Shown here piece by piece: positions 8,920 to 17,466 of a stretch of 40,954 nucleotides of DNA. The stretch lies in the UHGV virus genome UHGV-0187710; one strand, 5' to 3'. Source of the stretch: a virus. Both the position numbers and the translations under genes were made by a program. The notes beneath the pieces were generated by a model that did no database searches, was not told the DNA's origin, and saw only the letters and a program-made list of their open reading frames with translations. How positions within the stretch are numbered: position 1 is the first letter of the stretch; every line of letters begins with the position of its first letter.

Positions 8920-9165
8920 GTGGGTAACAGCAGCGAGACAAAAGATACAAACAGCGTGACCGCTAAAAGCGATGAAGGACAAATAACCATTTCCGAAGGA
9001 AAGATGCGGGTTTACATGTCATTCCAGCCAATTGTCCTTCCCCTTATTGGCGAGCTGATAAACGAGATGATCCTTAGAGGGAGATCCGCGGAGGAAATAC
9101 AGGCGGCAGTTGAAAGCGCCGCCCGTGGTTATTCAACGTTCTATCTTTCGTTTGTTCATGGCTAG
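8920..9165 (+). CDS. hypothetical small protein downstream of cro (start uncertain; alternative ATG at 9004)
   Basis: GTG 8920 with AGAGGAG 7 nt upstream; low-complexity N-terminus then a hydrophobic/helical C-terminus. Confidence 0.35.
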   Translation: MGNSSETKDTNSVTAKSDEGQITISEGKMRVYMSFQPIVLPLIGELINEMILRGRSAEEIQAAVESAARGYSTFYLSFVHG

Positions 9166-9398
9166 CACTGCGTACGTTGATATTGCTCTTCGGTTTCTTT
9201 TGATCTGGCGGACTCTATTTCCTTCAGTTTGTTTCGGTAAAGCTCACTGAAGACCAGTTCTGCATTGGTGATCAACTGAAAAACCTCTTCTGGCGACTTC
9301 TGGAATGTTTTGAAGTGACCAGACAAGACAAGATTCATGGCCAGATCGTGAGCGGCTTCTTCGGGAGACTTGCCGTAAGGCAGTGAATTTACAGACAT
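9162..9398 (-). CDS. hypothetical small protein encoded antisense to the rightward early operon
   Basis: 78-aa ORF from ATG 9398 with a strong AAGGAGG 6 nt upstream; its stop overlaps the stop of the convergent gene 8920..9165 (shared CTAG). Confidence 0.45.
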   Translation of the reverse strand: MSVNSLPYGKSPEEAAHDLAMNLVLSGHFKTFQKSPEEVFQLITNAELVFSELYRNKLKEIESARSKETEEQYQRTQC

Positions 9399-9483
9399 GT
9401 CGAACCTCCTTCGGTTCTGTTGGTGTGAGAGCTTGCAGGCTATCACCGTCAGGAAGTTCGGCGCCAATAATGGAGTTGCAGTA

Positions 9484-10032
9484 ATGAACGAACCGCAATG
9501 GAAAGTCGAACGTCAGCCAGCCTGGCTGGTGGTAGCGATTAAAAAAACGATTACCGATCTGCCAGGTGGCTACGCCGAAGCGGCGGAATGGTTGGGGGTG
9601 ACAGAGAACGCATTGTTTAACCGCCTTCGCGTCGACGGGGATCAGATCTTCCCTATGGGATGGGCGATGGTGTTACAGAAAGCCGCCGGTGTCAGCTACA
9701 TAGCTGATGCGTTTTCTCGTCAAACAGATAACGGGATACACGTTCCGGGTGCGGTGCCAGATGACGAAAACGAAGAAATTGGCTTAAAGCTGGCCGAGCT
9801 GGTGGGGCGTCTAGGAGAACTGGTCAACGCTTACCGTTGGTATATCGACGATGGGGTTGTTGATAAGGGTGAGTGGCAGAGCCTTAACGACATTGCATAT
9901 CAGTTCAGGGTAACTCTGATGACCTTTCTGAATTTGATTGCCCGTGTTTACTGCCTTCCAGAAAAGAGTGACGCCCGCGAGTGTGCAGCTCCGGGCGCCT
10001 TGGCGAACAACTCTTCGAGTATGGAGAAATAA
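9484..10032 (+). CDS. phage regulatory protein, CII-like (CP76-type) family, tentative
   Basis: start at internal ATG 9484 (MNEPQWKVERQPAWLVVAIKK...); segment LPGGYAEAAEWLGVTENALFNRLRVDGDQ is typical of that family as recalled; position after cro. Confidence 0.55.
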   Translation: MNEPQWKVERQPAWLVVAIKKTITDLPGGYAEAAEWLGVTENALFNRLRVDGDQIFPMGWAMVLQKAAGVSYIADAFSRQTDNGIHVPGAVPDDENEEIGLKLAELVGRLGELVNAYRWYIDDGVVDKGEWQSLNDIAYQFRVTLMTFLNLIARVYCLPEKSDARECAAPGALANNSSSMEK

Positions 10033-10037
10033 TCCGC

Positions 10038-10364
10038 ATGAACAGTTTAACGGCTTTTAACCGTCTACCGCAACTCAGGATGATCCCTGTTTCGGGTACT
10101 CCGTTGTTTCGGTATGAACGCAGATTATCAAACCGCTGGGTTCCGTGTAACCACAGTAGGGCGGTTTCAATTGTGGGGGTCTACAACCGGAGGGCAAAAC
10201 GCCTGTGCGCGAACTTAACCGAAGGTTCAAAGACTACCGTGGAGTGCCAGTCCGTGATATCCGCTGGGAACCTGAAACACAGCGCGTTATCTATCTGCGT
10301 GATGGCTACCCGCACTAATGCTTCAGCCCACTTGAGCATTTCAGGCGAAAGTTCAGGGAGATAA
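10038..10364 (+). CDS. coding status uncertain: track ORF with atypical composition; an alternative small ORF lies in another frame (GTG 10205..10318)
   Basis: 109-codon open frame rich in Ser/Arg/Cys and rare codons; the other frame reads VRELNRRFKDYRGVPVRDIRWEPETQRVIYLRDGYPH and looks more protein-like. Confidence 0.25.
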   Translation: MNSLTAFNRLPQLRMIPVSGTPLFRYERRLSNRWVPCNHSRAVSIVGVYNRRAKRLCANLTEGSKTTVECQSVISAGNLKHSALSICVMATRTNASAHLSISGESSGR

Positions 10365-10373
10365 CGGACGATC

Positions 10374-11240
10374 ATGAGCCAGATATTTGAAATCGTTCAA
10401 TCGCTGTCGGGGCAAAGGAATAGCATCACCATTCCGGTCCCGTACCTCGATTATTTCTCCGGCGATCAGCAGGCGCATGCTTTGGGCGCTGTGCTAAACC
10501 AGCTCGTGTTCTGGTCTGGTAAATCAGATCTGAATGATGGCTGGTTTTATAAAGAGCACAGCGAGCTTGCGGCAGAGATTCGCGGCGTGAGTGAAGATCA
10601 GGTGCAGCGCCTGGTAAACAAGATTTGTACCCGCTGGCTACCAGGGGTTGTTGAAAAGGCGCAGCGACAGGTAAACGGCACGAAAAAGACGCATTACCGT
10701 ATCAATGGCGAAGCGCTAATCAATGTTTTATTCCCGGCAACGCTGGATTCCGCAGAATCGCGGAACGGGAAACGCGAAGTCGCGGAACCTATTCTCTATA
10801 CAGATCATTACTCAGATCACCACAAACAGATCATTAACCCCTCTTGTCCGGTTGCGCCGCAACCAGACCCTGAGGTGTTGATCACTGATAACGCCATCCT
10901 GGTTTTAACTCATTTGAACCAGGTAAGCGGCTCCCGGTACCAGAAATCTAAAACCTCTCTGGAAAACATACGTGCCCGTCTGCGTGAAGGTTATACCGTC
11001 AGCGACTTAACGCTGGTGATTGACCTCAAGCATGAACACTGGAACGGCAATGACGCGCAGTATCAGTACATGCGGCCTGAAACTCTGTTTGGGCCGAAAA
11101 AATTTGAGGGTTATCTGCAAAGCGGGCTCCGCTGGGATAAGAAAGGCCGTCCCCCTCGTGAAAGCTGGGGCGAGAAGAAACATGACCCGATGAAGTTCGG
11201 CCCGGTAGATACCAAAATTCCAGAGGGATTCAGAGGATGA
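10374..11240 (+). CDS. replication initiation protein (replisome organiser with conserved phage C-terminal domain)
   Basis: 288-aa ORF at the O-gene position; C-terminal region (LTHLNQVSGSRYQKSKTSLENIRARLREGYTVSDL...) resembles the conserved phage replication C-terminus as recalled. Confidence 0.8.
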   Translation: MSQIFEIVQSLSGQRNSITIPVPYLDYFSGDQQAHALGAVLNQLVFWSGKSDLNDGWFYKEHSELAAEIRGVSEDQVQRLVNKICTRWLPGVVEKAQRQVNGTKKTHYRINGEALINVLFPATLDSAESRNGKREVAEPILYTDHYSDHHKQIINPSCPVAPQPDPEVLITDNAILVLTHLNQVSGSRYQKSKTSLENIRARLREGYTVSDLTLVIDLKHEHWNGNDAQYQYMRPETLFGPKKFEGYLQSGLRWDKKGRPPRESWGEKKHDPMKFGPVDTKIPEGFRG

Positions 11241-12559
11241 TTGAAAACAAATACTGCCGCGCGCTGGCCGAACTGCGTTCAAAACCAGCTCACGAATTGA
11301 AAGAAGTTGGCGATCAGTGGCGGACACCGGATCTGCTTTTCTGGGGTATCAACGCGCTATTTGGTCCATTAGTTCTGGACTTGTTTGCTGACGACGACAA
11401 CGCGAAATGCCCGGCATGGTGCACCGCCGAAGATAACGCACTGACGCAGGACTGGACTGAACGTCTGGCAGAACTGGGTGGCGCGGCTTTTGCCAACCCT
11501 CCATATAGCTGCTCGCAGTACCACGAGAAACAGGCGATCACTGGTATGACGCACATCATGAAGTACGCAGCAACCCAGCGCGAGAAGGGCGGTCGCTATG
11601 TATTCCTGATAAAAGCCGCGCCGAGTGAAACGTGGTGGCCGGAAGATGCCGATCACATTGTATTCATTCGCGGGCGCATTGGTTTCGATCTGCCAGTGTG
11701 GTTTGTACCTGCTGACGAAAAACAGAAGCCCACCAGCGCGTTTTTTTCCGGAGCCATAGCTGTATTCGATAAGTCATGGCGTGGCGAGCGATTCAGCTAT
11801 ATCAACCGCACAGAACTGGAAACAAAAGGGCGAGCGTTTATGGCTTTGGCACAGTTTGCCACCAGCAAACCTCAGCCAGCAACCGCCACACCACCTGTAG
11901 CTGACAAGCCAGAAGCAGAGTTGCCACTTACCCAGAAAGATATTTTTGATATCAGCGGTGTTGAGGCGTGGGCATGCGTTAGAGCTGCGTTCGGCGATAA
12001 AGAAGAATACACATTCAGTGAATCGAAGTTTGGGCATACCTGGGCGGCGGATTCTGTCGAAGCACCGGAATTCACTCAGGTATCACCATTAACGATCGAC
12101 AAAGCGAAGCTGCTTATTCGTGAGAGTATTTTGCTCGGTGTGGATGAGTGGCTGTTGTCGATTGAATTCGATGACGCTGCTGCGCGCCTGGATATGTCGG
12201 AACGTATTCGTACTGTTGCCCTTGAAGCATCTGGTGAATATGGCATGAACAGTACTGATTTCATTGCAGCTATGGGAAGCCTGGATGTTTCCAGTTGGTC
12301 CAATATTCGCCAGATCCGCATGCACATCCGTGAGAAAGCTAAACCAGTAGCCGATCAGCTTCCCGAGTCCCGTATATGGCCACTGGAGGTTGGAATTGTA
12401 TTCGACCAGGTGGATGGTGCTGACATGCTGGATGAATCACAGCAGAACAAGCTGAAAGCCAACATCAATCAACTCTGGCTGGAACGAACGGCCACCAGCG
12501 AAATTATCACAATTGCGCAAGGTCTTGTCGACAGCATGCAGGGGGTAACTCATGCGTGA
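11237..12559 (+). CDS. phage Dam-type N6-adenine DNA methyltransferase fused to a roughly 220-aa C-terminal domain of unknown function
   Basis: N-terminal WRTPDLLF ... FADDDN ... FANPPYS motifs; Pro/Ala-rich linker (KPQPATATPPVADKPEAE) then a long extension; ATGA overlap with the preceding gene. Confidence 0.8.
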   Translation: MIENKYCRALAELRSKPAHELKEVGDQWRTPDLLFWGINALFGPLVLDLFADDDNAKCPAWCTAEDNALTQDWTERLAELGGAAFANPPYSCSQYHEKQAITGMTHIMKYAATQREKGGRYVFLIKAAPSETWWPEDADHIVFIRGRIGFDLPVWFVPADEKQKPTSAFFSGAIAVFDKSWRGERFSYINRTELETKGRAFMALAQFATSKPQPATATPPVADKPEAELPLTQKDIFDISGVEAWACVRAAFGDKEEYTFSESKFGHTWAADSVEAPEFTQVSPLTIDKAKLLIRESILLGVDEWLLSIEFDDAAARLDMSERIRTVALEASGEYGMNSTDFIAAMGSLDVSSWSNIRQIRMHIREKAKPVADQLPESRIWPLEVGIVFDQVDGADMLDESQQNKLKANINQLWLERTATSEIITIAQGLVDSMQGVTHA

Positions 12560-12674
12560 AACAGTCTTTTATCGCCCTGCCGGTATAGCGCCTATTTCGG
12601 ATGTTGTTCAACGTGTTCGTCACTATAGCGGGAAAGTTGAGGTATGTTTCAGGAATTATGACGGAGGCTTTTAA
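12552..12674 (+). CDS. small hypothetical protein (40 aa), coupled between the methyltransferase and rusA
   Basis: ATG 12552 preceded by AGGGGG; its stop overlaps the rusA start (TAATG); reads MRETVFYRPAGIAPISDVVQRVRHYSGKVEVCFRNYDGGF. Confidence 0.35.
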   Translation: MRETVFYRPAGIAPISDVVQRVRHYSGKVEVCFRNYDGGF

Positions 12675-13060
12675 TGAGGCTCATACTCCCATTTCCACCC
12701 AGCGTGAACACTTACTGGCGCGCTCCTAACAAGGGGGCGCAGGCTGGTCGTCACCTCATTAGCGCTGAAGGCCGTAAATACCAGAGCGCTGCCTGCGTGG
12801 CGATCATTGAGCAATTACGACGTCTCCCGAAGCCATCGACTGAACTGGCAGCGGTAGAAATCACTCTGTACCCGCCGGATGCGCGCCGCCGGGATATCGA
12901 TAATTACAACAAAGCCCTGTTTGACGCGCTGACGCATGCGGGTGTCTGGGAAGATGACAGCCAGATTAAGCGCATGCTGGTGGAATGGGGACCCGTAGTG
13001 CCGAAAGGTCGGGTAGAGATAACGATCAGCAGATATGAACCGGCGGGTGCAGCCGCCTGA
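12674..13060 (+). CDS. rusA: RusA-family Holliday junction resolvase
   Basis: 128-aa protein with the characteristic RusA N-terminus MRLILPFPPSVNTYW and nin-region position. Confidence 0.92.
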   Translation: MRLILPFPPSVNTYWRAPNKGAQAGRHLISAEGRKYQSAACVAIIEQLRRLPKPSTELAAVEITLYPPDARRRDIDNYNKALFDALTHAGVWEDDSQIKRMLVEWGPVVPKGRVEITISRYEPAGAAA

Positions 13061-13073
13061 TATGGAGAAAAGT

Positions 13074-13760
13074 ATGAGCCAGTTAATCGTGAATGGTGTA
13101 GTAACAATGTCCAGCCGTGATATTGCGGATCTGGTTCAGAGTAAACACAGTGACGTGAAACGCTCGGCTGAGCGTCTTGTTGCTGCGGGAATTTTAACCG
13201 CGCCATTGGCGCAGTTCGATTTTGAGCATAACGGTAATGTGTACCAGGAGTATCGTTTTAACAAACGCGACTCTCTGGTGATTGTTGCCAGACTGTCACC
13301 TGAATTTACCGCCGCGGTCGTCGATCGCTGGCAGGAACTGGAAGAAGGGCAGAGTGTCAGTGTTCCCCGCTCATTACCGGAAGCGCTTCGCCTGGCTGCT
13401 GATTTAGCCGAGCAGAAAGAGCAACTGACGATCCAACTGGCAGCCGCGGCGCCAAAAGTGGAGTTTGTTGATCGTTATTGCTCAGCAAAAGGCTCCATGT
13501 CATTCCGGCAGGTAGCCAAATTGCTTAACGCAAAAGAAACTGAGTTTCGTCTGTTCCTTATTGAACGCAATATCCTGTATCGCCTCGGCGGCACACTTAC
13601 CCCCATGGCGCAGCACATTTCCGCGGGAAGATTTGAAGTTAAGACGGGAACATCGAGCACATCCAATCACGCATTCAGCCAGACGCGTTTCACTGCCAAG
13701 GGAGTACGCTGGATTGGTGGTTTGTGGGCTGAACATATTGCAGGGGGGCAAGCGGCGTGA
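13074..13760 (+). CDS. antirepressor-type regulator (Rha-like N-terminus, KilA-C-like C-terminus)
   Basis: N-terminal MSSRDIADLVQSKHSDVKRSAERLV (Rha-like) and C-terminal EFVDRYCSAKGSMSFRQVAKLL...ILYRLGG (KilAC-like) as recalled; GGAG 6 nt upstream of ATG 13074. Confidence 0.8.
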   Translation: MSQLIVNGVVTMSSRDIADLVQSKHSDVKRSAERLVAAGILTAPLAQFDFEHNGNVYQEYRFNKRDSLVIVARLSPEFTAAVVDRWQELEEGQSVSVPRSLPEALRLAADLAEQKEQLTIQLAAAAPKVEFVDRYCSAKGSMSFRQVAKLLNAKETEFRLFLIERNILYRLGGTLTPMAQHISAGRFEVKTGTSSTSNHAFSQTRFTAKGVRWIGGLWAEHIAGGQAA

Positions 13761-14752
13761 GGGCTTTGTTAACTCCTGAAGTAGCCCATCGCATGGGGAT
13801 TGTGTTGTTTCGTCCCGGCGCGGAACTGATGCACCTCTTCATGCGCGGTCGCGTCCTTCTCGAACCTGAACCAGAAGAAATGGCGTCATTCAGTACAGGA
13901 GCTGTTCCCGCCGCCATTCAGCCGCTGGCTGATGATCCGGTAATGCGGCAGGTCTTCGGGAATGAGCGGGTTATTCAGCGTGCCGGTGGGCTTCCTTCCC
14001 TTGAGCAATGGTTGAGTACCCGGTTTGATTGCCAGTGGCCACATTCATCGTGGCACGACAAGAACTTCACAACAATGCGGCACCCACCAGGAAGCATTCG
14101 CCTGTGCTGGCATTGCGATCACACTTTGTCCGGGCAGCATACTGAACAGCTTGCAGTTATAGCTGCCGGAAACCTGGTATCCTGGATTCTGGAAGTCATT
14201 CGGCGTGATTCTGGTTTTCCCGAGTCGCATATCCTGACGCTTCCGGAACTGTGCTGGTGGATGGTCAGAAACGACCTGGCTGATGTTATTCCGGAAAGCG
14301 TTGCGCACAGGGGGTTGCGCCTTCCGGATGAGAAGATCCGCTCTGTCATGAGGGAAAGCGACATAGTGCCTTCCCCGTCTGCAACCAGCCTCGTGCAGAA
14401 GAAAGCGAAGAAGATCCTCACGCTCTCTGTTGATCCGGAGTCTCCTGAATCTTTCATGCTCAGGCCAAAACGCCGCCGCTGGGTAAATGAGACATACACC
14501 CGCTGGGTTAAAACACAACCCTGTGAGTGTTGCCGACGGCCAGCAGATGATCCGCACCATATCGTAGGGCACGGTTTGGGTGGTACAGCAACAAAAGCCC
14601 ATGACCTCTTCGTGATCCCTCTGTGCAGAGAGTGCCACGACGAGTTACACGCCGATGTACCGGCATTCGAGCAGAAGCATGGTACGCAGCTTGAGCTGCT
14701 ACTGCGTTTTATGGATCGGGCGCTGGCGATCGGCGTAATTGCGAAAGCTTAA
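13757..14752 (+). CDS. DUF968-like phage protein with HNH-like Cys/His C-terminus
   Basis: 331-aa ORF; C-terminal CECCRRPADDPHHIVGHGLGG...CRECHDELH metal-binding pattern; ATGA overlap with the antirepressor gene. Confidence 0.65.
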   Translation: MRALLTPEVAHRMGIVLFRPGAELMHLFMRGRVLLEPEPEEMASFSTGAVPAAIQPLADDPVMRQVFGNERVIQRAGGLPSLEQWLSTRFDCQWPHSSWHDKNFTTMRHPPGSIRLCWHCDHTLSGQHTEQLAVIAAGNLVSWILEVIRRDSGFPESHILTLPELCWWMVRNDLADVIPESVAHRGLRLPDEKIRSVMRESDIVPSPSATSLVQKKAKKILTLSVDPESPESFMLRPKRRRWVNETYTRWVKTQPCECCRRPADDPHHIVGHGLGGTATKAHDLFVIPLCRECHDELHADVPAFEQKHGTQLELLLRFMDRALAIGVIAKA

Positions 14753-15463
14753 GTGTATGGAGCGCAAAGAAGCATGAATCAACAAGACCTGAATTTTGTA
14801 AGAATAGAATTGCGCCGCGCGCTACCTGACCTCTCTGGGGGAACAAAAGGGCAGCTTGAGGCTTTCAGTGAACACCCACCAGCAGACAAAAATGCCACCC
14901 CGCGCCGTGGAATTCATCTCGTCGAACTCGAAGGAGAGAAGGGGCCTCGCTTTGTTAACTCGCTTTCCGCGCCATTGTATGTATTGGAAACACGCAGCCG
15001 CTGCAGGCCAATGCCGCCGATAAAAGATGCGGAATTTGAGTCCGCGCCGTGGCGTAGGGCAGTGTCCGCGCTTAGTGGATACCAGCAGGCCTGGTTGCGG
15101 TACTGCTACGGTTTTGACCTTAGCTATAAGCACCAGGTGATGATGTGTGAATACGTCTGGAAAACTTATCAGAAATGTCTGGGTGATAATTCCCTTCAGG
15201 AGCGCGTAGTAAAGAAACTGATTGGCCTGGTATGGCTGGCAGGGCAGGAAATTGCCGCAACCAGAAATAATGAAACCTATAAAGACTATGCTGGTGCAGC
15301 GTTGGCCCGCATGGTTAGCGTTGATCGTTCGACATGGTTGCGTGTCTATTCAGGGCACTGGGCTGGGTTAAAGGCCGCTTTTACCCAGCTTGATGAATCT
15401 GCGTTGGCAATGGCTCTTGAATACTATGAGGAAGAAGAAGCCCTCAAAGTGGCAGAAATGTAA
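14753..15463 (+). CDS. late-gene antiterminator, Q-like (assignment mainly positional)
   Basis: 236-aa ORF immediately upstream of a short intergenic region with a terminator and then the lysis region; family not confirmed from sequence. Confidence 0.5.
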   Translation: MYGAQRSMNQQDLNFVRIELRRALPDLSGGTKGQLEAFSEHPPADKNATPRRGIHLVELEGEKGPRFVNSLSAPLYVLETRSRCRPMPPIKDAEFESAPWRRAVSALSGYQQAWLRYCYGFDLSYKHQVMMCEYVWKTYQKCLGDNSLQERVVKKLIGLVWLAGQEIAATRNNETYKDYAGAALARMVSVDRSTWLRVYSGHWAGLKAAFTQLDESALAMALEYYEEEEALKVAEM

Positions 15464-15556
15464 AGTAAATTTCACTATCTCCTTCAAACGCGCTTGCAAA
15501 ATGCAACAAAATAAGCCATATTTAAAGCGTATTTGATATGTTGCCAAAGTTTTATA

Positions 15557-15580
15557 AACCCGCCAATGAGCGGGTTTTTG
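15557..15580 (+). terminator. rho-independent terminator downstream of the Q-like gene (tR'-like)
   Basis: 7-bp stem aacccgc / gcgggtt with loop caatga followed by tttttg; a TATAAT hexamer lies just downstream at 15584..15589. Confidence 0.6.
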
Positions 15581-15626
15581 CGTTATAATTCACCGATTTA
15601 AACCAATTGTTTTAAATAGGTGAAGT

Positions 15627-16478
15627 ATGAAAATAGATAATCCCGAAAATCCACTTGAACGAAACGATTTTTCGATGGATGACTTCCATCACTACTTAAG
15701 GGAGTTTGATAAAGCTGTATGTGAAGCGAATGCTGTAAGTCAGGGGGTTGGTGTGCGAATGGCTGAGGCTTTTAAAGGGTGGTCTACATACATTTTTTCA
15801 CGAATCTGCATTCATGCTTCAATAATGATTTCCAACGTACCAAAATCAAGATGGGCTAAGCGGGATTATGACTTTTGGGATTTTTCGGCGATTGCACCTC
15901 ATGTAAGAGCGATTCTGGAAGCTGAGTTATTGTTTATGTATTTATCTGAGAATCCAGATTCAACTGAGGAGTGGTCAGCAAAGTTGAATGTCATGCACAT
16001 GAATGATTGTGTAAAGAGAATTGAGTTATTTACATCTAGTGATAATACGAAAGCATTGGATTTTTATCATGAACAAAAAGATATAATAACTGAGAGACTT
16101 AATAACAACCCTGTTTTTTTATCCCTTGAACAAGGAACCAGAAAACGTTGCTTGACTGGAAAAGCGCTTATGATTCCAAATCGAGATGAGTTATTGGTTA
16201 AACTGGGAAAAGATCCAAAGTCATTTAAAATAATGTTCGATTTTTTATCTCATTATACGCATATACTACCTATGTCATATTATAAAATGGAGCCAAACGG
16301 AAGAGGAACTGGTTGTTTTAACAACTATGACTTTGGCTATATGATTATGGGGATGATTATTTGTACTGAATCCTTGACTAAGTGTACAGATAGATTAGTA
16401 GAACTTTTTCCTGATGTTAGACGGTTGCGAAAAGGAACTAAATCAAAATTCACGTTAGGTCCTAAACCTACAAAATAA
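15627..16478 (+). CDS. hypothetical cytoplasmic protein, AT-rich cargo gene between the Q-like gene and the lysis cassette
   Basis: 283-aa ORF, strongly AT-rich compared with neighbours, no recognisable catalytic motif; followed by a hairpin terminator. Confidence 0.65.
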   Translation: MKIDNPENPLERNDFSMDDFHHYLREFDKAVCEANAVSQGVGVRMAEAFKGWSTYIFSRICIHASIMISNVPKSRWAKRDYDFWDFSAIAPHVRAILEAELLFMYLSENPDSTEEWSAKLNVMHMNDCVKRIELFTSSDNTKALDFYHEQKDIITERLNNNPVFLSLEQGTRKRCLTGKALMIPNRDELLVKLGKDPKSFKIMFDFLSHYTHILPMSYYKMEPNGRGTGCFNNYDFGYMIMGMIICTESLTKCTDRLVELFPDVRRLRKGTKSKFTLGPKPTK

Positions 16479-16505
16479 CAATGAGTCGCTTGCTGCTATT
16501 TTAAA

Positions 16506-16530
16506 GGCTTCCAAATGGAAGTCTTTTATA
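16506..16530 (+). terminator. putative terminator after the 15627..16478 cargo gene
   Basis: stem ggcttcc / ggaagtc with a 4-nt loop followed by ttttata. Confidence 0.45.
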
Positions 16531-16696
16531 ATTTCAGGTTTCGCAAATTATACTTATCTTCACATTTTCATAATAGCGCATAAGCCAGCCCCCCCTCCAT
16601 CAACCACAGCGCCATACGAACTATCGGAGGTGAGGCTAAATTAGTAATCGTTCTTACCTGCACAGGTGCATAAAAATCAGCCTAAAATGCGAGTTT

Positions 16697-17359
16697 TTAT
16701 GAAGAGAGCAGCATGACTTTTTCTTTTGCGGGCGAAGGTGACTGCTCTTTCAAAGGGAAAATTATAAATGCTATAAATGCAGTAAATAATACTATGAAAG
16801 CTAGCACTGTAACTTTCCTTGAAGATGATAGGGCTTTGTTATATTCCTTGGCTATTTTGTTCGTTATATGGATCTTAGTGCTATTTATTTCATCTTTTAG
16901 TATGGATAATTTATTTATAAATTCCTGTGTTTCTTCTCGAGAGTAAAGTTCTGAAGCATCTCTTGGGGTTTCATGTGGATGCCGAGTATAACCAAGTATT
17001 TGTGGTATTAAATTACCATGCGATTGAACTACAGATTCATATTTCTTATAGCAAGCATTATCAAAAAATCTCATTCTTATGCTAAGTTCTCTGAGTTTGT
17101 CAACGTCTAGAGAAACTTGTTCGTTGGCAATAATTAAATCTCCGCGGTTTAATGTATTCTTGTGTTGAAAAATTAGTAAAAGCCATTCTGTATTATTGTA
17201 AAGCTTTTCAAGATTGGCATGTATATCAAGTCCGAGTTTTTCATATGCGGATAATTTGACCTCTTTTTCCTTTGCAGAAAGAGAAGATGAATAAGCCAGT
17301 AATCCGCTTATTATGGCAACAATAAATGTTCCTATAATGGTTAAGGTATTCGAGTCCAT
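16697..17359 (-). CDS. hypothetical membrane protein with hydrophobic segments at both termini, AT-rich cargo gene
   Basis: start at internal ATG 17359 (MDSNTLTIIGTFIVAIISGLLAY...); C-terminal VTVLAFIVLFTAFIAFIIFPL; helical/coiled middle; convergent with 15627..16478. Confidence 0.6.
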   Translation of the reverse strand: MDSNTLTIIGTFIVAIISGLLAYSSSLSAKEKEVKLSAYEKLGLDIHANLEKLYNNTEWLLLIFQHKNTLNRGDLIIANEQVSLDVDKLRELSIRMRFFDNACYKKYESVVQSHGNLIPQILGYTRHPHETPRDASELYSREETQEFINKLSILKDEINSTKIHITNKIAKEYNKALSSSRKVTVLAFIVLFTAFIAFIIFPLKEQSPSPAKEKVMLLSS

Positions 17360-17466
17360 TGTATTCTTCAAAAGTTGGTCAAAAATATATTGTAATATTT
17401 TAATGTATAAAATCAATCATTTCCCCTCATTCTGAGAGGACTCCCAGCAACAAAGAGGGGGGCTAA

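Noticed and set aside
10181-10375. 64-aa minus-strand ORF divergent from the replication gene
   Set aside because: Start is the reverse reading of the CATG at the replication-gene start and the frame is antisense to other candidate frames; cannot be supported from sequence alone.
14045-14638. 197-aa minus-strand ORF
   Set aside because: Lies entirely antisense to the DUF968-like gene, which is supported by operon context and a Cys/His motif; composition (Arg/Cys/Pro-rich) is typical of a spurious antisense frame in GC-rich DNA.
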